DNA of 64,000 bases, taken from positions 1 through 64,000 of the IMG/VR virus record IMGVR_UViG_3300038755_000021. One strand, given 5' to 3'. Made by a program: the position numbers and the translations under genes. Position 1 is the stretch's first letter, and each line of letters starts with the position of its first letter. The DNA comes from an uncultured virus (IMG/VR IMGVR_UViG_3300038755_000021). Its lineage: Duplodnaviria; Heunggongvirae; Uroviricota; Caudoviricetes. The notes beneath the pieces are model-generated. The model had not been told where the DNA came from and ran no database searches. It worked only from the letters and a program-made list of their open reading frames with translations. Below are positions 37,401-46,000 of the stretch, in pieces.

Positions 37401-39002
37401 GGTTGTAAATCAGTTGGAACATTTACTGTTAACAATTGCTCTACTACTGCTATTAATGCTGTAATTAATTATACTTATGTACCTGGACCTCCAGTAGTAG
37501 AAACTTTATCTATAACTGGAATTAGTGGATCTGTATCACCATATACTGTTACATTAAAACAAGGTATGACTGTAATAGCTACTAACAGTAATGTTACAAC
37601 TAATACATCATTCAATGCTGCTTCTTTGATATCTGGAACAACATACACTATAGATATTACAGATTCTCAGAATCCAGCCTGTACAAAATCAATCTCTTAT
37701 TTATTAAATAAACAAGCACAATGTAGCCCAGCTGTGGATTTAACAATTACTACTTCTGGAAACTGTGCTCCTATACAATATAATTTCTGGGTAAACAATG
37801 CTGTTGCTCCTTATACAATTTATATTAAATCTGGAGGCGGTATTATAGTAAATGGACAAACAGGAGAATTCCTTGCTGCAGGTCCAACTGCTTCACCCTA
37901 TATTGTTTCTTTAGGACAAGATCCGCAATTTAGAGATCTTTATTACTTCCAAGGTTTACCAGATGGTCCTTATACCATTGAAGTTGTAGACTCTAGAGGA
38001 TGTAAAGATACTGAGATAGTAAATATTAATTGTATTTGTTCTAATCCAATTATTACAGATATTGAAGGTATTATATGTGATGATCCTGGTGCAGGAACTG
38101 GACATTTAATTAAGTTCAACTCTATTAATGGAGGGGAAGGTGCTTCACCATCATTAGATGGTTATATATATAAAGGAAGTTTTGCTGGTGGAAACACTTG
38201 TCAATCAACTGCCTTAATTGATTCCTTCTCAGCTTTGAAAGGTATTCCATTTTCTAGATTTATTGCTTCTGGAGATACAGAACCAGTTGGTGGAAACTAT
38301 TATGTAAAAATTACTGATGGTGGATTATGTATGTCTACTTGTATAGCAGTTGCTGTTCCTGATTGTTCAACTCCAGGTGGAGGTGGAGGTTCTGGTTCAC
38401 CAGATTGTCCTCTTACTGCAGCTGACTTTAACATAGTTGGAGATTGTAACTTAAACATTACTAATAACTCTTTAATCAATGTTCAAGCAAGAGTTGTAGC
38501 AATAGATGATTCAGATTGTCAAACAGGAAATGTAATTGGAACTTCAAATCAGGTGGCATTAGGTGCAGGTGCAACATTACCATTTGTTTGTCAGTATCCT
38601 GGCTTACAACATAGATTAGAAATTACTTATCCAAAACAAGTAACCATTGGTGATCCAGTACCATGTACACTTTACATTTGTGCTCCATGTTCTACTGCTC
38701 CAACATGTACTTTAACAACACAACCAGATGTTTGTAAAACAAGAATAGTATCTGGTGCATGTGCAGGTGGTTATATTTACAAACTTAATGTAACAAATAC
38801 CGGTAATACAAATTCAGTAAAAGCAGAAGCTGTAATTGATGGTGGTTCAACTATTAATTTAGGTGTTCTTGCTCCTGGAGGATTTACAGTATTCAATGTT
38901 GGATGTAATGATTTCTCCAACGTTTATGTTAAGTTTACTTGTATGAATGATTTAACTGAAACAATAGACATTACTATTAATAACATACCATTAGGCTGTT
39001 AA
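34449..39002 (+). CDS. Giant Cys-rich repeat plus Ig/SprB-like domain protein
   Basis: N-terminal third made of C...DC..GC.C....C repeats; later G.Y.V..TD..GC repeats. Confidence 0.8.
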   Translation: MKQYTYCIKNIKNGDLPCSNPKVVWITGSGQAIPCPDRGTGCITIKVPDDISACVKGEIICEDCGSCPSKPFEICPCSTSQDCDSCQTCVNGICTDLCDGNCINGQCIDCVTSDDCAANKICINGKCQCPVGLPYVNSHGDCVNCLTDNNCSACEVCIGGACVPKVCPSGVCDPVTGFCVECQGSGDCYGRTDGKNCCNGVACDCCPGFRWNPQIQNCEPEPKCVRDTDCPICEVCAGGECQPRICPDGFICVNDDCVPTCDCNEPTCSRSAACIRYNSTTCICQDCSGSCADDIPCKDGCICVNNNCVPNVCNAPCATGADCGPGCGCLNNQCVPCEHLSCSENNCFLADGCRCYGSQCKSDPCKGPCENGADCGPGCGCLNGNCVSCDILTCDECPGALGCLCNNNVCLKDSPCSGDCVSSYDCGPGCTCYNGKCVNCSNFSCEDCTLDDCECKSGTCQGTDKECTDIFTLTKLDAACDLKATLIQDRCCTCEELELKLTIVEKTPVAMTINGVSVDANRYRYQIRMFRDGAELGNTIINDFFQGGSIRLKSEVAYTKTNSDNTITQGTDTQFVDYSFVNQSSNLYNYINIPNIKTYPKMKIQSIKITLDQLSNLGHNNGCIYTLEGDPATVRSYTTTPSVNDTNSFVMETGGCRNPVFRWYRASGSNFVGADTEFRYIYATKTGDNTWEDTIKDCSDGLCSNRWYKVTTDCGCKTSSNEVKAVFCPDPMTFEYQVLNCGKTLIVTNIFDPCDINSLLTCTDPGIKCFGNLGSYQVEFKLTVYDDLGNTVVDNLIFSAPGEIIGRSYTTTGAITRVTLEHNHDAVCKIDEEVTSSALNPSITHSCTTNLLTVNTGIPGCNVTLNNSAHIPILVSVTDLTGVATFTGVITGTYIIDTNCAGCTASKTVTYNCCNGAEGTMTVTYTPGTLSMQVNNAVTGQQYDYVLTKPDATTQILSMNQSANYNYAITLTNGNYSVTATDNNGCKSVGTFTVNNCSTTAINAVINYTYVPGPPVVETLSITGISGSVSPYTVTLKQGMTVIATNSNVTTNTSFNAASLISGTTYTIDITDSQNPACTKSISYLLNKQAQCSPAVDLTITTSGNCAPIQYNFWVNNAVAPYTIYIKSGGGIIVNGQTGEFLAAGPTASPYIVSLGQDPQFRDLYYFQGLPDGPYTIEVVDSRGCKDTEIVNINCICSNPIITDIEGIICDDPGAGTGHLIKFNSINGGEGASPSLDGYIYKGSFAGGNTCQSTALIDSFSALKGIPFSRFIASGDTEPVGGNYYVKITDGGLCMSTCIAVAVPDCSTPGGGGGSGSPDCPLTAADFNIVGDCNLNITNNSLINVQARVVAIDDSDCQTGNVIGTSNQVALGAGATLPFVCQYPGLQHRLEITYPKQVTIGDPVPCTLYICAPCSTAPTCTLTTQPDVCKTRIVSGACAGGYIYKLNVTNTGNTNSVKAEAVIDGGSTINLGVLAPGGFTVFNVGCNDFSNVYVKFTCMNDLTETIDITINNIPLGC

Positions 39003-39754
39003 TGAAAGGTTGTAGTCCAAAATGTTTTGAAATAATCTCAGATCAGTGTGTTTCATATACTGGTAGTTCTTATCCTGAAATAGGTGTAGAACAAGGTGAC
39101 TCCATAAGCCAAACTTTAGATAAACTTGCATCTGCCTTAGTATCTCTGAAATCTAAGGTAGATGCATGTTCATATTGTAATGGGGAAGTAACTGTACCAA
39201 GAACAACTAATGATATATTATCTTCTGATAATCTTACTCATTCTTCTGTAACAGAAACCCCTTCATCTGCAAGAATCTCTGTATCAACAAACCCTACAGC
39301 AACTGCTGTACCATTTACATATTCCATATCTTCTTTACCATCTGGAACAGTTATTGATTCCAAGATTACTGTTGAAGGTATGAAAAATTCTTATCCATCT
39401 CAATTAATTTCTACTACTGGTTTATCTGGTGGTTTAGAATTAAAACCTGATAATTTTCCAGCAACATTAAATGCTGAAGTTAGAGTAATGACTGCTGATG
39501 GTGAGAAGAAAGTTACATCTAAAATTCCCCTTGATCCTTCTGGACAAAATTTAGATTTAAATATGTATTCTAAAAATGTTGGTACACCTGATCTAAACAC
39601 ACAATCCCAAATTAACACTTTCTTTGATAAAGAGTTATCTACTTTAAGAACTTCTATTAATGCGTTAACAAATGTTAACATTAATGGTAATTCAATGTCT
39701 GTAACAGAACATTTAGTAGATTTAGATTCAAAAGTGAAAAATTTATCTACTTAA
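39002..39754 (+). CDS. Structural protein with coiled-coil segments
   Basis: TAATG-coupled; CVSYTG motif then heptads. Confidence 0.65.
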   Translation: MKGCSPKCFEIISDQCVSYTGSSYPEIGVEQGDSISQTLDKLASALVSLKSKVDACSYCNGEVTVPRTTNDILSSDNLTHSSVTETPSSARISVSTNPTATAVPFTYSISSLPSGTVIDSKITVEGMKNSYPSQLISTTGLSGGLELKPDNFPATLNAEVRVMTADGEKKVTSKIPLDPSGQNLDLNMYSKNVGTPDLNTQSQINTFFDKELSTLRTSINALTNVNINGNSMSVTEHLVDLDSKVKNLST

Positions 39755-39755
39755 A

Positions 39756-39787
39756 TTTGCTATTGTCAGAAATATGTTGTAACTTTG
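39756..39787 (+). promoter_or_regulatory. Bacteroidota primary-sigma promoter
   Basis: TTTG-N20-TAACTTTG. Confidence 0.75.
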
Positions 39788-39803
39788 TTGTAAATTTATT
39801 ACC

Positions 39804-40901
39804 ATGACAAATAGAAGTTTATTAGTTAAAGACATTTTTGAAAATGGAAAACAAGGCACCTGGGAAGATTATGCTATTAAGTATGATATAAGAGATGCCA
39901 AAACTGCCAATGATTATTATCGTTGGTTTATTAAAAATGGTTCATTAGAGGGTGAATGGGAACCTGGTGTTATTCCAATAGAAGAACCTTGTAATAATGA
40001 AATAGATTTACCAGAAGGGGCTAGAATAACTAGAGCTTGGGGAAAACCTGGGAATCTTAATTATTCTATTGAATATGCTAAGAAAGAAGTTGATATCAGA
40101 TCTGAATTAATAAAAGAATTTAGTATGTATTCTCCTAAAAATACACCATCTATTTCTTATATTAAAGAAGAAGAATCAATTACTTATTTAATATCCTTAG
40201 CAGATATGCATTTTGGGAAAACACATATTGACAAAACTGTTGATGATTTTAAAAATGCAATAAAAGAATTAATATCAAGAGTAGGTGTAACAAGAATTGA
40301 AAAAATAATATTACCAATAGGTAATGATTTATTTCACACTGAAGGTTCTACACAAGCTACAACTAAGGGTACAAAAATGTTTGATTACTCTTATTGGAAA
40401 GATACTTTCTCAATAGTTTGGAAATTATTAATAGAAGAAATTAATAAATTAGAGTTAATTGCTCCAGTAGATATTCCTATAATATTAGGGAATCATTCAG
40501 AAGCCACTGAGTATTATTTAGGATGCTTACTTGAAGCATATTATATGAATAATCCAAATGTTAATGTTATGAATGATAATTTTCCAAGAAAATATTTACA
40601 TTTTGGAAAAGTATTATTAGGATTTGATCATGGAGAATTAAAACCAGCTCAGTATCCATTATTAATGGCAACAGAAAGACCAGTTGAATTTTCTAAATCT
40701 TCTACTAGGATAATGTTAACTGGACACTTACATAGTCAACAGAGTTATGAAATAAATTCTGTACAAATTAAATTTTTACCAAGTTTATGCCCATCTGATA
40801 ATTGGCATGATAAAATGGGATATAGTTCTAAAAAAGCTGCGCAAGGATATAAATTTAACAATGAAGGTCTATTAGGATATGAAGAATTTAGAATTGAATA
40901 A
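39804..40901 (+). CDS. Calcineurin-like metallophosphoesterase/nuclease
   Basis: DMHFG, GND, GNH, HG and GHLH motifs. Confidence 0.85.
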   Translation: MTNRSLLVKDIFENGKQGTWEDYAIKYDIRDAKTANDYYRWFIKNGSLEGEWEPGVIPIEEPCNNEIDLPEGARITRAWGKPGNLNYSIEYAKKEVDIRSELIKEFSMYSPKNTPSISYIKEEESITYLISLADMHFGKTHIDKTVDDFKNAIKELISRVGVTRIEKIILPIGNDLFHTEGSTQATTKGTKMFDYSYWKDTFSIVWKLLIEEINKLELIAPVDIPIILGNHSEATEYYLGCLLEAYYMNNPNVNVMNDNFPRKYLHFGKVLLGFDHGELKPAQYPLLMATERPVEFSKSSTRIMLTGHLHSQQSYEINSVQIKFLPSLCPSDNWHDKMGYSSKKAAQGYKFNNEGLLGYEEFRIE

Positions 40902-41603
40902 ATGGTAACATTAAGACAATGTGTTCAAACTTTAATACATTTACTTTCAGAAAAAGGGCCTTTAGCACAAGAGAACACTTGGAGTGAAGAACATTTATAT
41001 AGAATATTATTAAGATTTAGAGCAAGAATACTTTCTGAAAAATTAAGAGCAAGAGGGTATTCTTTATCACAATATAATTATCAAACAATACCTTGTGTAA
41101 GAATTGATAATTTGGATTCTGCTGAAGAGAGTTCATTACCGTATTCTGGATGTATTGTTCAGAAAACGTTATATCCAATACCTACTCCCATATTAATAAA
41201 ATCTATAACTTCTGTTGCGGGTAATATTTCTTATGATTTTATTGAATGGGAGAGGTTAGAGGATATTAAAAATTCAAGATTTAAAGCTGAAAAGAAAAGA
41301 GCTTATTACAGTATTAAGAATACTGGAGAAGGATCTCATATATATCTGTATAATGATGAACATAAAGAAGTCATATCTATTACAGCTATATTTGAAGATC
41401 CTTTATTAATTTATAATTTTCCCAACTGTGAAGGGGAAACTAATCCTTGTTTTGCCCCATTGGATACTGAGTTTATTCTTGATCCAGACCTCTTACCACT
41501 TGTATATGAGTTAGCAATAAAATCTTTAAGTCAACCAAGAGCTACTGATATTCTAGACAACAAAATAGATGATATCACTACAACTCAAGTACCACTTAAA
41601 TGA
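40902..41603 (+). CDS. Putative tail ring protein
   Basis: Position before IHF-like, tubular and stabilisation genes; AIFEDP motif. Confidence 0.55.
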   Translation: MVTLRQCVQTLIHLLSEKGPLAQENTWSEEHLYRILLRFRARILSEKLRARGYSLSQYNYQTIPCVRIDNLDSAEESSLPYSGCIVQKTLYPIPTPILIKSITSVAGNISYDFIEWERLEDIKNSRFKAEKKRAYYSIKNTGEGSHIYLYNDEHKEVISITAIFEDPLLIYNFPNCEGETNPCFAPLDTEFILDPDLLPLVYELAIKSLSQPRATDILDNKIDDITTTQVPLK

Positions 41604-42055
41604 AAGAAAAGTTATTATGGACAATGGTAGATTCCTATGAAACTTATACTGGGAGAATAGAAAAGAAAAAGTATATTAAAGTTTTAAAGGATTTTTTTTG
41701 GGAAGTATCTTTTGCTATAATAAGAGATAAATATACTTTCATCATGCCAAGATTAGGTATGATACAAATAAGAAGAAGGAAGGTTAATTCTGAAACCACT
41801 AATCTTAGAATAGATTATAAGCACTACAATGCAACAGGAGAAAAAAGATTACTTATTAACACTCATTCAGATGGTTATTATTTCAAATTTAAATGGAAAA
41901 AACCTTCTGGTAGGACAAACCTATTTAAAAATGGTAGTATATATGTTTTTGAACCAATAAGGGGAGAAGATAAAATGATAGGTAAAAGAGGTTTATCAAA
42001 TTGGATAAAAAGATGTTCTGAAGATCCAACACTAAAAGATTATACAACAGCATGA
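41600..42055 (+). CDS. IHF/HU-like protein
   Basis: MPRLGMIQIRR, N.HSDGYYFKFKW; conserved crAss-like position. Confidence 0.65.
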   Translation: MKEKLLWTMVDSYETYTGRIEKKKYIKVLKDFFWEVSFAIIRDKYTFIMPRLGMIQIRRRKVNSETTNLRIDYKHYNATGEKRLLINTHSDGYYFKFKWKKPSGRTNLFKNGSIYVFEPIRGEDKMIGKRGLSNWIKRCSEDPTLKDYTTA

Positions 42056-43023
42056 ATTTTGTATCTGCAAAAACTGGAGTTAGAGAATATCTCAGGTTAT
42101 CTGGACATAAAGGAGAACTTAATAAATCAGACATCTTGGCTTGGACCAATGATGCAGTAAGTAGAATAATAACAGATGAACAATTAATTCATAAAATTAA
42201 AGTTTTTGAAGTAATAGATTATAAAACAGAGTTACCAGATGACTTTGTAAATGTAATACAAGCAGCTTATCTTATTACAGAAGATTGTGTAGAAGATTTA
42301 GCATATGAAGTTTCTAAATTTACAGATAGACAATTAGGATGTCAAGTTGATATATCTTTGAAATGCCCTAAATGTCATAAAGTAAAGTGTGCTTGTAATA
42401 CTGCTGAGATATATGTAGACGTAGATAGATTATGGAGATCTGCACATCCTGAACATGTTGCTGCATATATGCAACACTTCTATAATTATGGTGGTACAAA
42501 TAAGAAATCATTTTATAGTGATAGGTTTCAATTAATGAGACCAGCTACATCATCATTTTTTCATATTAAAAATTGTGTTAATATAGATTTTGATTCTGAA
42601 ATACAATATACAATACAACCACCAAATCTATTAACTAATTTTAAAGAAGGTAAAGTTTTACTTTCATATTTTGCTAGAAGGACAGATGAAGATGGATATC
42701 TTCTTGTTCCAGATGAACCAGTAGTTTTTGAAGCTATTTCTTGGTATATCCAAGAAAAAATGTTATATAGAAAATACATGGAAGATTTTTCTATGGGAAC
42801 ATATAGAGCTTGGCAAGATGCTTTTCAATTAAGAGAGAAGTTTGTAGCAAGAGCTAGAGGGCAAATACAAATTCCTTCTCCAGATGTTTGGAAAACTTTT
42901 ATAAAGAGGTTCATCCACAGAACGCATCCTAATTGGGGACATGAAGAAGACATGTATAGGACACCTTCAGAAACATTTACATATCCTGATCAAACATATA
43001 ATATAAAACCTTATACCAAATAA
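42052..43023 (+). CDS. Tail tubular protein-like
   Basis: LPDDF, TNFKEGKV.LSY, DEDGY..VPD and EAI.WYI motifs; position. Confidence 0.7.
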   Translation: MNFVSAKTGVREYLRLSGHKGELNKSDILAWTNDAVSRIITDEQLIHKIKVFEVIDYKTELPDDFVNVIQAAYLITEDCVEDLAYEVSKFTDRQLGCQVDISLKCPKCHKVKCACNTAEIYVDVDRLWRSAHPEHVAAYMQHFYNYGGTNKKSFYSDRFQLMRPATSSFFHIKNCVNIDFDSEIQYTIQPPNLLTNFKEGKVLLSYFARRTDEDGYLLVPDEPVVFEAISWYIQEKMLYRKYMEDFSMGTYRAWQDAFQLREKFVARARGQIQIPSPDVWKTFIKRFIHRTHPNWGHEEDMYRTPSETFTYPDQTYNIKPYTK

Positions 43024-46000
43024 TTACATTGTAAATTCATTTGAAGGAGGATTAAATCCAGAAGTTCACCCAGATGGTGGCAATAATAAAACATATTCTC
43101 ATGCTCTTAACATAGTATCTAAAGACTATGAATATAAATCCTATATCTCTAATGAACATTCAACAGAAGAAGTATTAGATTTAGGATCAACAATAGTAGG
43201 GGCTTCATTTATAGATGATAGAAATTCAACACTCTTCTTTTTAGAAAATGGAGAGTTATGGTTATTTGACCATAATAAAAAAGATAAAACTTTTGTTGCA
43301 TCTGATACAGAGTTTGGATGTGATTGGGGTTTTAAATCTTGTGAATGGGTATATGGTGAATTTAAAACAATACAACCATGTTCAGAATTACATGTGTATT
43401 GGAGCTCAGGTTGTATTTATTATACAATAAATATTGATTTAATGTTGGATCCAGTTAGGAAGGCAGCATTAAAAGAAGAGATAAAACAAGAAAGAAGACA
43501 GTGTTCTGATAAGACCTGTGATTATTTTAGAATATTTAAGTGTTCTACAATTCCAAAAGTAACTCCTATACCACATGAAGATGGTGGTGAGTTAGCTGGA
43601 GGGGCTTATCAATTTGTAGTAAGATTAAAAGATAGAGATGGTAATACCACTAATTGGTTTAACATTAGTGATCCTGTTTATATACCTACTGAACATAATC
43701 AAAGTGGTGAGCGGGGAACTGGATTAATAGAATTAACAGTAAGTTGTTTAGATTGTAAATATGACAAATTAGAATTAGCAGTAATTAAAACTATTTCAGG
43801 AGTAATTACAGCTGATTTATTAACAGAAGGATCTTATAATTCAAGAAATTTTTCATATACTTATTATGGTAATGAAAAAAATCCAATTGATATAAGTGAA
43901 ATTATAGTAAAAAGAAATACATATATACAAGGTAGAGATCTAATCCAAAAAGATGGAAGATTATATCTTTACTCAATTAAGCAATTAAAAAACTTAGATT
44001 ATCAACGTAGAGCAAACCAAGTAACCGCAACTGTTGTAGAGTATGAGTACTCTTATGAAGAAGTAGTTAAGTTTAACCTTAAATCATTTATGAGAGGTGA
44101 GACTTATGCTTTTGGTATAGTTTGGAACTATTGTGATGGTACTCATACTCCTGTTTTTCATATACCTTCTTCTACTGGAGGAGGTGGCGGAAATGCTGAA
44201 TCTGCTACATCTAATAACACATCATCATCTACCGGAAATGCAGATGCAGCTAGTTCTTCTCCTTATCATAGAACAAGAACTCCAAAAAAGGATACAGTTT
44301 CTGATCCACAACATGATGAGTATGATGATATATTAGAACAAGATTTAGCATCCTGGGAAACTAAAGTTGATGATATATGTGTTGGTTTAGCTGATTGTGA
44401 AGAGTGTCCAAAAGGAGAACAACAATGTAATGCTGATAAACAAGAATTAGATGATATTGCTAATTCTTTTGAAGATATAGTATCTTCTTATACTAATGAA
44501 TTAGATGGAGGTTTAACAATTGATTTCTCTTCAGCTTCAACTATAAAAGATTCTGCTAGAAAAATTATAGAAGCAGTAAAGAAAAGAGAAAGAATTGAGA
44601 AAAATAAAAGAGAAAATAAATTAGATAAAGGAGATTCTCCTCAGTATGAGGATGGAGCAGATTCTGAATATGATTTTTCAGAAGGTGAAAATGCAGTTGG
44701 ATCAACATTCTATGATTGTTGTGGTACAGATTTATCTGGAACAAATCCTAAAATAAATTACTTAGGTAGAACTCTTGTTGATACAGAGCAAGATATTTAT
44801 TATCCAGATATGACAAATTGTTTAGGTGAAAAAATATATGGAGTATTAGCTGGACAAAATGTTAGACATCATAAATTTCCAGACAGTTCTAAGATTCCAC
44901 ATTATGTTTCTAAATCAGTAGGTGTACCTTCTATATTTACACCAGATGCTGATGAATACAAAGATGGATATTGTAAATTATTAGGAATTAGATTTGCTAA
45001 TATACAGAAACCAACTGATGAAGAATTAGCTAAACCTTTGAGTGCAAATAATCCATATACTATTGTATATGTAAAGAGAACAGAATCTAATAAAAAAGTA
45101 AAAGCAAAAGGTTTAGCAACTAAAACTTTTATTGCATCTAATGGCGGTAAAGAATATGTTTATCCTAGGCATGCAGTTAACTCATGGGAAACTGTAGATA
45201 GGAATATAGATGTTGATGGATCCAGAATGGTACAAAATCCTGCAGATGGAGAATCATTTAATTTTCATTCTCTAGATACAAATGTTAAAAAGTTTGCATT
45301 AAACTTTAATAGGTTTAAACCTGAAATGGAATTACATGGTTCAGGTGCCAGACATGGTTTATATGCTGAAGGTAAAAAACCAGATAATCAGTATTATGGA
45401 ACAAAAATTGATCAAGCTGGAGCAAGGGAAGCAATTAATTTAAATAATTATGTTCTTCTTACAGAGAACTTGGAAACTCCTTTATATAAGATTTATGCTA
45501 GAGCACATAGTGTTACAGCACCCCCAAGAGGTGGAACAAAACCATTAATGAATAGATACAGAGAATCTTCTGTATGGATTGGAGGATTATTACCATCTCT
45601 AACTCAAGGTAAAACTGCAGATAGTGATGATTCTTTTATAGGTGATGTTTGGGACCATACTGTTCCAATAACAAAGGCTGCAGCGCATTATGTTACTTTA
45701 TATAGAGATTTACCAAATCAATATGGAGATTTAACTGGTTTAACATATTCTTTTCTTTTAAATTCTACATGTAATTATTCACCAACAATTGAAGGAATTG
45801 TAGGTGATATTTATATTGGTCCATATTCATTTAGAAGAACTGGATACATCTCAGATAAAGTAGGAGATGAATTTGATATTCCAGGAGGACAAGCATCTTT
45901 GACAGGAACTGTAACTAAAAAAGAAAAAAGATCAATATGTGATCCTCCAGAGGATCCAATACATGCATTAGCTGGTAATTGGTATTGGTCACAATTACCT

